Assembly (NCBI GenBank): GCA_003670735.1 | Contig: QWQU01000003.1 | Coordinates: forward strand, 1-54,893 | DNA: 54,893 nucleotides | Origin: Chloroflexota bacterium | Lineage (GTDB): Bacteria; Chloroflexota; Dehalococcoidia; UBA2979 | Direction: 5' to 3' | Part shown: positions 8,294 to 16,804 of the stretch, one piece after another | Numbering within the stretch: the first letter of the stretch is position 1 | Layout of the letters: each line of letters begins with the position of its first letter | The notes under the pieces: model-generated | Database searches by the model: none | The model's input: only the letters and a program-made list of their open reading frames with translations | Told to the model about the DNA's origin: nothing | Position numbers and translations under genes: made by a program

Positions 8294-9934
8294 CTAGCTG
8301 CTGCCGAGGCGGTCGAGGATCTCCTCGACTTCCTGGCTGTGCAGCCAGGCGGCGGTGACGAGGAAGGCTGCAGCGCCGCCGATGCCGGCAACGACGCAGA
8401 TCAGAAGCGCGCCGACGAGCGTGTGGATATCCGCGCCGAACCAGCGCAGCGCGAGTGTGGCGATCACCATCACCTCCGCCATGACGGCAGTAGCGGCGAC
8501 GGTGCGATAGATCGAGGTGGCGACGCCGCGACCGCGCATGTCGCCGATCCTGTGTGTGAGCGCTCGGAAGAGCAGCGCGAACTCGATGATCGCGGCGACG
8601 GAGGTCGCAGCGGCGAGGCCACGCACACCGAAGGGTGAGACGAGTGCAGCGGAGAGCCCGGCGTTGACGATGACCGCAAGCACAGCCAACGCGACGGGCG
8701 TCCTCGTGTCAGCGACGGCGTAGAAGCCGCGGCTGAGAATCTCGGTACCCGAGTGCGCGAAGACGGCGATCGAGTACCAGATCACCGCAGCGGCCACCAG
8801 GTCGGTGGAGTGCCCATCGAATGCACCTCGTTGCAGTGTGATGCGGACGACAGGCCATGCAAGCAGCATCAACGCGACGCTCGCGGGGATGGCGAGGAAG
8901 AGGATGAGCCGCAGGCTGCGCGAGAGTGACTCGCGCATCGTCTCCATCTGCTGCGCGGCGGCTTGCTGCGCGAGTGTGGGGAAGACGGCGGTGGAGATGG
9001 CCATGCCGACGACGCCCACGGGCAGCATCGCGATCAGGAACGCGTAGGTCAGCGCGCTGATCGCCTCGTCGGACACGTACGAAGCGAAGAAGACGACGGT
9101 GATGAAGTTGAGCTGCGCGGCGGCGAGGCCGATCACGCGCGGGCCCATCAAGCGTGCGACCTCGCGGACACCGGGTGAGTTGAGATCAATGCTCGGCGCC
9201 CAGCGCATGCCGACGGTGCGCAGCGCGGGCAGCTGCACGAGCAGGTGGCCGACGCTACCGATGACGACGCCCGCAGCCAGACCTCGCACACCGAAGGGGC
9301 GCGCGAGCAACAGTGCGCCGGCGATGATCGACAGGTTGTAGATGAGCGGCGCGAGCGCAGGCGCGAAGAAGTGCTGCCGCGCGTTGAGGATGCCAGTGAC
9401 CATGCCAGAGACACCGAACATGATCGGTGAGAGCAGCATGACGCGTGTGAGGTTCACCGCGAGCTGACGCAGCTCGAGCGCGCGGCCACTCGAATTACCG
9501 AGGCCGGGCGCGAGCCACGGCACGATCACGGGCGCGAGGATGAAGGCGATGATCGCCATGATCGTGGTGGCGATGCTGACGATGTTGAGCACGTCGCTGG
9601 CGAGCCGCCACGCAGACGCCTCGCCGTTGCGCATGCGCACTCGGGAGAAGGTAGGGATGAAGGCCGCGGAGAGCGTGGCGCCGGCGAGCACTTGGAAGAC
9701 GAGGTCGGGCAGGCGGAAGGCGACCCAGTAGGCGCTCAGCTGCGGGTCGGTGCCGAAGGCGTGGGCGATGGCGACGGAGCGGAGCAGGCCAAGCAGCCGG
9801 GAGGCGACGAAGCCCATGGCGACGATGCCGGCGGCGGCGAACACGCTCTGCGACCGCGTCCCCTGTTGGAGGAAGCGGCCCAGTCCCTCGGCGGGGCTGT
9901 CTTCGCCAGGTGCGCCCTCGGGCCGCTCGTTCAT
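8294..9934 (-). CDS. murJ: Lipid II flippase MurJ (MviN)
   Basis: SRLLGLLR, AFRLPDL, LSAAFIPTF, FPTLA, QRGAFD, FYAVADTRTP; many transmembrane segments. Confidence 0.93.
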   Translation of the reverse strand: MNERPEGAPGEDSPAEGLGRFLQQGTRSQSVFAAAGIVAMGFVASRLLGLLRSVAIAHAFGTDPQLSAYWVAFRLPDLVFQVLAGATLSAAFIPTFSRVRMRNGEASAWRLASDVLNIVSIATTIMAIIAFILAPVIVPWLAPGLGNSSGRALELRQLAVNLTRVMLLSPIMFGVSGMVTGILNARQHFFAPALAPLIYNLSIIAGALLLARPFGVRGLAAGVVIGSVGHLLVQLPALRTVGMRWAPSIDLNSPGVREVARLMGPRVIGLAAAQLNFITVVFFASYVSDEAISALTYAFLIAMLPVGVVGMAISTAVFPTLAQQAAAQQMETMRESLSRSLRLILFLAIPASVALMLLAWPVVRITLQRGAFDGHSTDLVAAAVIWYSIAVFAHSGTEILSRGFYAVADTRTPVALAVLAVIVNAGLSAALVSPFGVRGLAAATSVAAIIEFALLFRALTHRIGDMRGRGVATSIYRTVAATAVMAEVMVIATLALRWFGADIHTLVGALLICVVAGIGGAAAFLVTAAWLHSQEVEEILDRLGSS

Positions 9935-10111
9935 TGCGGGATCATCCGGGCACGGGTCGCGTATGGGAAGCCCAGCGTTCCGCTGGACCTTCGCCCTGCG
10001 TGTTGCGGCCTCGAACTACAGAAGGAGAGACGGCTGCGAACCGATAGGTCGTTGGGGGACAGCGAAGCCCGCGCTAGGCGGGCTTACGGAGTGCCTCGAA
10101 CGCTGGAGGCG

Positions 10112-10276
10112 TTAGCCGCCGGGCTTGGACTTCAGAATGTCCTCGTGGTTGGCGTAGGAGTCGTGGGTCGTCGTGCAGTTGATGCAGACGAAGTTCTCGC
10201 ACGACATGCAGGCCTGCACGGTGGCGGCTTTGCAGTGGTAGCAGGGGCCGACTCGGGTGGTTTCGCGGTAGTACAT
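10112..10276 (-). CDS. Stand-alone B-box-type zinc-finger microprotein (54 aa)
   Basis: MYYRETTRVGPCYHCKAATVQACMSCENFVCINCTTTHDSYANHEDILKSKPGG*. Almost all codons end in G/C; TAGAAT lies 6 nt before the ATG. Confidence 0.75.
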   Translation of the reverse strand: MYYRETTRVGPCYHCKAATVQACMSCENFVCINCTTTHDSYANHEDILKSKPGG

Positions 10277-10371
10277 GGTCAGATTCTAGGCCACTTCGTG
10301 GCTTCTCGCCCATCCGGTCGTTCGTCGGTCGACGCTCGCGGAGTCCGGCGGCATGGCTGACCTCGGGCGGA

Positions 10372-11283
10372 TCAGTCGGAGGCGACGAGCTCGGCGATGG
10401 TGCGGGCGGCGATGCCGGCGAGCGCGGGGTTCGTGTCGCGGTAGTACGGGTAGGCGGCGATGGCCTGCCAGAGCGACCAGCCGCGGCCGCGCTGCCATGC
10501 ATCGTCGTCGAGGCCAACGGCTGCGCGGAACGCCTCGCGAGCGTCGCCGTCGAAAACGCTCCAAACGGGCTGGAGGTCGCAGGCGGGGTCGCCGACGGCA
10601 AGGCAACCGAAGTCGAGCACGCCGGCGAGCTGTCCGTCGCGGACGAGGAGGTTCGCAGGAAGCAGGTCGCCATGCAGCCACCTCGGCGGTTCGGACCAGG
10701 GGACGGCGCTCACAGCGCGATCCCAAATCGTGGTCAGCCTCGCCGCATCGAAGTGGGGGGCTATGCCGTCGACCTCGGCGATGCGAGTGCGGGTGCGTGC
10801 GTCGCGCTCGGCGAGGTGGTCACCACGCATCGAGTTGTGCGCGCCGGGGGTCGGCCCGCCGGTGGAGTCGATGGCGTGGAGCGCGCGGATGAACGCGGCG
10901 AGCTGCTCGGCGGCCTGCGCCGGGTTGGCGAAGGGCTCGCTGTAGGCGTCGCTGCCGTCGAGCCAACGGGCGACGGTCCAGACCGACGGGTAGTCGTGGG
11001 TGGGTGTGCCGACCTCGAGGGTCACGGGAATGGGGAGCGGCAGCTGGCGAGCGAGGCGCGGGAGCCAGTGGCGCTCGTGCTCGATCTGCTGTGCCGCGCC
11101 GGGGCGAAGCGGGAGGCGGACGGCGAGCTCTTCGCCGAGGCGCTAGATGGCGTTGGCGGTGCCAATGCTGGGGATGCGGCGCAGCGAGAGCTCGCTCCAG
11201 CGTGGGAACTGGGCGGCGACGAGGCTGCGAACGAGATCGTCAGTGACATCGAGCTCATCGTCGTGGAGGCGTCCGTGGACCAT
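10372..11283 (-). pseudogene. Aminoglycoside phosphotransferase/choline kinase family gene with one in-frame TAG
   Basis: Single frame MVHGRLHDDE...GTANAI*RLGEELAVRLP...WLHGDLLPANLL...VLDFG...GDPACDL, TAG at 11143-11145. Confidence 0.85.
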
Positions 11284-11385
11284 GCGCGGAGGATACGGCG
11301 CAGGAATTGCGCAGGTGGGCGCGCAGGATAGACGCACGCGTGAGGGGGCGGGTATCCTTCCAGTCCGTCCGTGGAGGGACGTTTT

Positions 11386-11658
11386 ATGGCTCACTCGAAG
11401 CAGGCGCGAAAGCGCATCATCACGAACCTGAAGTCTGAGGCGCGTAACCGTCCGGTGCGCACCTTCACCTCGCGCCGCGTGCGTGACGCCCACACGGTCA
11501 TGGCGGCCGGCGGCGGCACCGACGCAATCGAGGCTGTGCGCCAGGCGCAGTCGGCGCTGGACAAGGCTGCGAAGGCCGGTGTGATTCACCGCAACGCGGC
11601 ATCGCGTCGCAAGTCGCGCCTGGAGAAGGCACTGAAGGCGGCCAAGGCCGCCGCCTAG
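11386..11658 (+). CDS. rpsT: 30S ribosomal protein S20
   Basis: MAHSKQARKRI...LDKAAKAGVIHRNAASRRKSRL; GGAGG RBS. Confidence 0.97.
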   Translation: MAHSKQARKRIITNLKSEARNRPVRTFTSRRVRDAHTVMAAGGGTDAIEAVRQAQSALDKAAKAGVIHRNAASRRKSRLEKALKAAKAAA

Positions 11659-11682
11659 CCAACTTCGTTGGTTTCCGCCCTG

Positions 11683-11711
11683 CGAGGCCGCGTGAGCGGC
11701 CTCGTTTGTTT
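11683..11711 (+). terminator. Intrinsic terminator after rpsT
   Basis: CGAGGCCGC-GTGA-GCGGCCTCG followed by TTTGTTT. Confidence 0.8.
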
Positions 11712-11906
11712 GTCCGGTCTCGAGCTCGTGTTGGCTTGATGCTCGCAAGTTCGGACGAAGCGGCGCATTTTGGGCAGACGTCCCGAATCGCATCGGTATA
11801 CTGCGCTTGGCTCCGCTCCCGCGAGGACGCCTCGAACCTCGCTCATCGCCAGCCATTCCGACCCTCGTATCGATCGACCTCGAGAGACTGAGAAGGCAGG
11901 TCACCC

Positions 11907-12947
11907 ATGCGCGCAACGATCTTCGAAGCTCCCGGCAAGGTGACCGTCGTCGACAAGCCAGTGCCGATCCCGGGCCCCGGTGAGATTCGCCTGAAGACGG
12001 CGGCGACGGCGCTGTGCGCCTCCGACGTGCGCGTGTATCGCGGCGAGAAGTACGCGAAGCCGGGCGTGACGCCCGGTCACGAGCTGGCCGGCGTCGTCGA
12101 CATGATCGGCGAGGGCGTGACGGGGATCAGCGAGGGCGACCGCGTCGTGATCTGCCCGATGGTGACGTGCGGCAAGTGCCGTTACTGCATCGTTGGCCGA
12201 CAGAACCGCTGCGAGCAACGCAAGACGATGGGCTACGACCTGGACGGCGGCTTCGCGGAGCACGTGCTGATCCCGGCGGACATCGTGCGCGTCGGTCACG
12301 TGCTGCCGGTGCCGAAGGACCTGCCGCTGGACCTCGCGGCAATCACTGAACCGACGGCGTGCACGCTGTCATCGATCGAGCTGCTCGGTGTGCGCGCCGG
12401 CACCAGCCTCGCGATCATGGGCGCGGGGCCGATGGGCTTGCTGCACGTACTACTCGCGCGTGCCGTGGGGGCAGGCGTGATCATCGTGAGCGAGCCGGTC
12501 GCGGAGCGCCGCGAGATCGCGAAGCGCTGGGGCGCGGACATCGTGATCGACCCGACGACGCAAGACGCAGTGGCGATCACGAAGGATGCGACCGGTGGCG
12601 ATGGCGCCGACGCCGTCGCGCTGACCATCGGCTCGCACGCGGCGGTGATTCCGTCGTTCGACCTGGTGCGCAAGCAGGGGACGATCAACCTGTTCGCCGG
12701 CTTCCCGCCGAAGCAGACGGTGCCGTTCGACCCGAACTTCCTGCACTACAACGAGGTGATCCTGACCGGATCGCAGAACGCGACGACGGACCAGTACCGC
12801 CGCACGATCCAGATGATGAAGCACGTCGCACACATCGACGAGGTTGTGACCAACCGCTACGACGTCGAGCACGGCCCGCAGGCCTACGAGTCCCGGCTGT
12901 CGATGTCGGGCTTGAAGTCGCTGGTCCAGTTCCCCGGCGTCGAATAG
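11907..12947 (+). CDS. Zinc-dependent alcohol/polyol dehydrogenase (MDR family)
   Basis: LCASD, GHELAG, CGKCRYC-x7-C, GAGPMG. Confidence 0.92.
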   Translation: MRATIFEAPGKVTVVDKPVPIPGPGEIRLKTAATALCASDVRVYRGEKYAKPGVTPGHELAGVVDMIGEGVTGISEGDRVVICPMVTCGKCRYCIVGRQNRCEQRKTMGYDLDGGFAEHVLIPADIVRVGHVLPVPKDLPLDLAAITEPTACTLSSIELLGVRAGTSLAIMGAGPMGLLHVLLARAVGAGVIIVSEPVAERREIAKRWGADIVIDPTTQDAVAITKDATGGDGADAVALTIGSHAAVIPSFDLVRKQGTINLFAGFPPKQTVPFDPNFLHYNEVILTGSQNATTDQYRRTIQMMKHVAHIDEVVTNRYDVEHGPQAYESRLSMSGLKSLVQFPGVE

Positions 12948-12950
12948 CGC

Positions 12951-13913
12951 ATGCAAGACCGCGACGGCGTACGCGCGACTGAGGCGGCCACGATGGCCGC
13001 CTCGGACGATGTGGCGGATTCCGCCTCGCCGCAGCATGTGCGCCTCGGTGCATGGCTGCGGTCGGAGCGATTGCGCCGCGGGTTCTCGTACGCCGAGGTT
13101 GAGCGCGACACGCACATCAACCGGCTGTACCTCGAAGCGCTCGAGGATGAGCACTACGACGTGCTGCCGGCACCGGTGTACACGCGCGGATTCGTGAAGC
13201 TGTACGCGCGCATGCTGGGCATCGACCCGAGCGGCGCGTCGGCGATGCTGCCGGATGATTTGCCGACACCACCTGGACTCGAACCATCCGCAGCGCTGCG
13301 CCGACAGCGCGAGAAGGCAGCGATCACACTGCCCAAGCTGCCCTCGATGCGCGTACCGGCACTGCGTGTGCCGGAGCTGCGCACGCCACGGACTGGGATT
13401 CGGCTGCCGTCACTCGGTGGCGGCGGGGCGTCCTCGAGCGGTGGTGGGGCAGCGCTCGGGCTGAAGGTGCCGGCGATCTCGCTCGGACCGGACGCCAGGC
13501 GCTACCTGCTGGCTGCGGTCGGCGTGGCGATCCTGCTGGCGGCGGGATACTTCCTGCCTCGGTACTTCGAGTCGCAGGGCTCGACCGGAACACAGGCCGT
13601 GGCGACGTCGGCAGCCTCGACGGTGCAGCCGGGCACGAACACAACGCAGGCGACGCCGGGTGCGGCGAGTACGAGCAGTCCGAACGTGACGCCGCCGGTG
13701 CCAACCGGGCCGGCGCTCGCGAACTACGTGGGGATGTCGCAGGCGGACGCACAGAAGGCGCTCGAGACGCTCGGTCTGACGTTCGTCGTGAACCAGGCAG
13801 CGAGCGTGACGGTGCCGCAGGGCCAGGTGATCGCGCAGTTCCCGTCGGCAGGCTCGCGCCTAAACGCCGGCGACAACGTGGTCTTGTCGGTCTCCCGCGG
13901 CGCCCCTCGGTAG
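12951..13913 (+). CDS. rodZ: RodZ-like HTH membrane protein with C-terminal PASTA domain
   Basis: LG..LRSER...T.I...YLEALE....LPAPVYTRGFVKLYA..LGID; one transmembrane helix; C-terminal NYVGMSQADAQKALE.LGL....VPQGQVIAQFP.AG..L..G.NVVLSVSRG (PASTA). Directly upstream of rimO. Confidence 0.8.
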   Translation: MQDRDGVRATEAATMAASDDVADSASPQHVRLGAWLRSERLRRGFSYAEVERDTHINRLYLEALEDEHYDVLPAPVYTRGFVKLYARMLGIDPSGASAMLPDDLPTPPGLEPSAALRRQREKAAITLPKLPSMRVPALRVPELRTPRTGIRLPSLGGGGASSSGGGAALGLKVPAISLGPDARRYLLAAVGVAILLAAGYFLPRYFESQGSTGTQAVATSAASTVQPGTNTTQATPGAASTSSPNVTPPVPTGPALANYVGMSQADAQKALETLGLTFVVNQAASVTVPQGQVIAQFPSAGSRLNAGDNVVLSVSRGAPR

Positions 13914-14033
13914 CGCAGCTACTTCTCGCCCAGCCTCGCGGTCGTTCGTTTCAACTCGGAAGTCTCGTGGGATCTGCGCACGACGCTGTGCGGGATCGCC
14001 GTGATGCTGCGTAACACGTAGAGTGGATCGCCT

Positions 14034-15404
14034 GTGAAGTACCATCTTGTCACGCTTGGCTGCGCGAAGAACACCGTCGATTCGATGCGGCTCGAACGCG
14101 CGCTGCGCAATGGACGGCACACCTCGGTGGGGACGCCCGATGAGGCGGACCTGCTGCTGGTGAACACGTGCGGGTTCATCGACGCGGCAAAGGACGAGTC
14201 GGTGAGCGTCGTGCGCGCGCTGGACGAGGGGCGCAAGCCCGGTCAGCAGATCTATGTCGTGGGCTGCATGACGCAGATCGCGAAGGACGAAGTGCTGGAG
14301 GCCGTACCCACGGTCGACGCCACGTTCGGCGCGGAGGCATGGGACGACATCGCCGCCAGCCTTGGCCCGGCGGATGCAGCGTTCGACATTCCGGAGCCCT
14401 CCATGCCATCCACGAGCATCCCGATGCTCGACCTGGGTATGCCGAGTGCGTACCTGAAGATCTCGGACGGCTGTGACCGACCGTGCACGTTCTGCATCAT
14501 CCCGACGATCAAAGGACGGATGCACTCCGACACCACGGAGCGACTGCTCAACGAGGCGCGCTGGCTCGCGAACAGCGGCGTGCGCGAGCTCGTGCTGGTC
14601 GCGCAGGACTCGACCGCCTACGGCGAGGACGCGGGTGAGCGGGACGGGCTCGCGACCTTCCTCGAACGACTGTCGGAGCACGTGCCGGATGTGCCGTGGA
14701 TCCGACTGATGTACGCATACCCCGGCCGCGTGACGCCTCGACTGGCGGAGACGATGGCGCGGCTGCCGAACGTGGTGCCGTACCTCGACATGCCGTTGCA
14801 GCACGGGAGCGACGCGGTGCTGCGGCGCATGAAGCGGCCGAGCCTGCGCGTGGCGCGGCAGAGCATCGAGGCGGTGCGGTCGGCGATGCCGGACGTGACG
14901 CTGCGGACGACGTTCATCGTTGGCTACCCCGGCGAGACGGAATCGGAGTTCCAGGAGCTGCTGTCGTTCGTCGAGGAGCAGCAGTTCGACCACGTCGGCG
15001 CGTTCACCTACTCGCCGCAGCCGGGCACGCCGGCGGCCGCTGAAGGCGGCGCGCTGAGCGAGCGCGTGAAGCAGCAGCGCTACGGTCGAATCATGGAGCT
15101 GTCCCAAGGGATCGCGCTCAAGAAGAACCGAACGATGGTCGGCCGCGAGTTCGATGTGCTGATCGAGTCAGAGCACCCGACCGAGAGCCAGGGTGGCGGA
15201 CTCGTGGTGGTGGGTCGCACGGTGCGCGACGCGCCCGAGGTGGATGGCCTGGCGCTGGTGCGCGGGGAGTTCGCAGCGGGCTCGATGGTGCGGGTGCGGG
15301 TCGATGGCGCGCTGCCATACGACCTGCTCTGCACGCCCGTCGGCACCCAGGGGGTGTCTTCGCCCAGCTTCAACGCGGCCTCGTTGCCGTTTACGGGTCG
15401 CTAG
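14034..15404 (+). CDS. rimO: Ribosomal protein S12 methylthiotransferase RimO
   Basis: LGCAKNTVDS, VNTCGFIDAAKDES, YLKISDGCDRPCTFCIIP, WIRLMYAYP, DAPEVDG. Confidence 0.96.
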   Translation: MKYHLVTLGCAKNTVDSMRLERALRNGRHTSVGTPDEADLLLVNTCGFIDAAKDESVSVVRALDEGRKPGQQIYVVGCMTQIAKDEVLEAVPTVDATFGAEAWDDIAASLGPADAAFDIPEPSMPSTSIPMLDLGMPSAYLKISDGCDRPCTFCIIPTIKGRMHSDTTERLLNEARWLANSGVRELVLVAQDSTAYGEDAGERDGLATFLERLSEHVPDVPWIRLMYAYPGRVTPRLAETMARLPNVVPYLDMPLQHGSDAVLRRMKRPSLRVARQSIEAVRSAMPDVTLRTTFIVGYPGETESEFQELLSFVEEQQFDHVGAFTYSPQPGTPAAAEGGALSERVKQQRYGRIMELSQGIALKKNRTMVGREFDVLIESEHPTESQGGGLVVVGRTVRDAPEVDGLALVRGEFAAGSMVRVRVDGALPYDLLCTPVGTQGVSSPSFNAASLPFTGR

Positions 15405-15578
15405 TCTCCTAGCGGCTGGGCTCTCGAGTCACCTCGTTTCGTACGGTTCGTCCTCGATAACTTTCGTGCATCGCCTCGATCTGCTCGTGGGATAACGGGT
15501 CAGTTTGTTGTGTGGTCAGGGTAATCCCGCGTTTCCCCGCATTTAACGTCGATTTCACGTGAAAGTGGTCACAAGTAC

Positions 15579-15607
15579 TTGCGAGGGTTTAGGCGAGCGC
15601 GCATGAT
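15579..15607 (+). promoter_or_regulatory. Putative sigma70 promoter of microprotein A
   Basis: TTGCGA-N17-CATGAT. Confidence 0.45.
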
Positions 15608-15663
15608 GTTTCTGCAGGCAAGGGAGGGCGAGGCCCACCGAGCCACGAAGGGACTAAGACACC

Positions 15664-15792
15664 ATGAATAACGAGTACATCCAGCGGTATTACAGCGCAG
15701 TCGTAGGCTCGAAGCGCATCAACAGCCCGAGCTTCACCGAGGCTGCGAAGGACTTGGCCAGCGCCAACGAGTGCATCCTCCTGGTCTACTAG
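15664..15792 (+). CDS. Microprotein A (42 aa), paralog of 16135-16254
   Basis: MNNEYIQRYYSAVVGSKRINSPSFTEAAKDLASANECILLVY*. GAAGGGA RBS; 21/34 identity to microprotein B with synonymous changes. Confidence 0.85.
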   Translation: MNNEYIQRYYSAVVGSKRINSPSFTEAAKDLASANECILLVY

Positions 15793-15845
15793 CTCTCGAT
15801 CTTCCGCGGCGGAGGCCCCCTCTCTCTCTTCTGCCGCTTCGATGC

Positions 15846-15877
15846 CAAGAGGCGCCCACCCCCCGGGGCGCCTCTTG
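15846..15877 (+). terminator. Hairpin after microprotein A
   Basis: CAAGAGGCGCCC...GGGCGCCTCTTG. Confidence 0.6.
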
Positions 15878-16035
15878 TGCGCCCAACGTAGTTGGGGTTT
15901 TGGCCCAGATTCTCTGATTCGGACTTGGCAAGACTCGAACGCTCGCTTCCTAGCGGAGCACGCCGGTTCTTGCTCCCTCTCGATGGCTCGTTTGTACGAG
16001 CGGATGCTCGGAATTAGTGCCATAACACTCTTTAC

Positions 16036-16056
16036 ATATACCCCGTATAGGTATAT
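16036..16056. promoter_or_regulatory. CsoR/RcnR-family operator-like palindrome overlapping the promoter of microprotein B
   Basis: ATATACC-CCGTATA-GGTATAT (TACC-N7-GGTA with a C-tract) lying within TTTACA-N17-TATATT. Confidence 0.6.
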
Positions 16057-16134
16057 ATTTCTCTTGCGGCAGTAGACCTGCCAACAGTTCGGGCACGAGG
16101 GCGAGGCCCAGTGCACCGGGAAGGACCCAGTCAG

Positions 16135-16254
16135 ATGTTGAAGATTGAGCGGTACTACAGCGGAATCGTCGGAGCTCGTCGGATTAACGCCCCGACGTTT
16201 GCCGAGGCGGCGAAGGACATGGAGCGGGCCAACTCTCGCATCCTGGTCGCGTAA
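16135..16254 (+). CDS. Microprotein B (39 aa), paralog of 15664-15792
   Basis: MLKIERYYSGIVGARRINAPTFAEAAKDMERANSRILVA*; GGGAAGGA RBS. Confidence 0.85.
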   Translation: MLKIERYYSGIVGARRINAPTFAEAAKDMERANSRILVA

Positions 16255-16328
16255 GCGATTCACCTCGCACCTCGGACGCCTGAGTCTCTCGGAGGCAAGG
16301 CGACCGACGGTTGTAGGCCAACAACCAT

Positions 16329-16355
16329 GAAGGGGCGCCCAATGGGCGCCCCTTC
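16329..16355. terminator. Hairpin between convergent units
   Basis: GAAGGGGCGCCCA-A-TGGGCGCCCCTTC. Confidence 0.65.
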
Positions 16356-16388
16356 GTCATGTCCGGTGAGCCGCAAGCCGCGCTCGAG

Positions 16389-16565
16389 CTAGCGGGTGGC
16401 ACGCCAGAGGCTGCGGCCGATGAGGCCAGTCGCGACGAGGACGATCGCAGCACCGATGAGCTGCAGGCCGGGAGAGTCGTCGAGGCCGCCAGCGACGATC
16501 GCGAAGGCACCCAAAGCGGCGAGGATCAGCCAGGTGCCGACGAGCGTGACGACGTGGAGCGTCAC
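16389..16565 (-). CDS. Small two-TM membrane protein (DDSPG motif)
   Basis: GTG overlaps the HTH gene stop (GTGA); VTLHVVTLVGTWLILAALGAFAIVAGGLDDSPGLQLIGAAIVLVATGLIGRSLWRATR. Confidence 0.7.
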   Translation of the reverse strand: MTLHVVTLVGTWLILAALGAFAIVAGGLDDSPGLQLIGAAIVLVATGLIGRSLWRATR

Positions 16566-16804
16566 AGGGCTTCCTCGATCTCCGGGTCGTCGTCGGCATA
16601 GCCCTCGATCCACTCGAGGAGGTCGCCGGGCTGGCACTCCAGCACTCGGCACATGGCCTCGAGGGTGCTGAAGCGGATGGCCTTGGCTCGGCCGTTTTTG
16701 AGGACGGCGACGTTGGCAGGGGTGAGGCCGACGCGCTCCGCGAAGTCACCGACGCTCATCTTGCGCTTCGCGAGCTCGACATCGATGCGGACAACGATGG
16801 GCAT
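16562..16804 (-). CDS. XRE/Cro (YozG-like) transcriptional regulator
   Basis: IDVELAKRKMSV..FAERVGLTPANVAVLKNGRAKAIRFSTLEAMC..LECQPGDLL. Confidence 0.93.
   Translation of the reverse strand: MPIVVRIDVELAKRKMSVGDFAERVGLTPANVAVLKNGRAKAIRFSTLEAMCRVLECQPGDLLEWIEGYADDDPEIEEAL

Noticed and set aside
1866-11145. Alternative genetic code or stop reassignment to explain two in-frame stops
   Set aside because: The stops differ (TAA, TAG) and both codons end many normal genes in this window.
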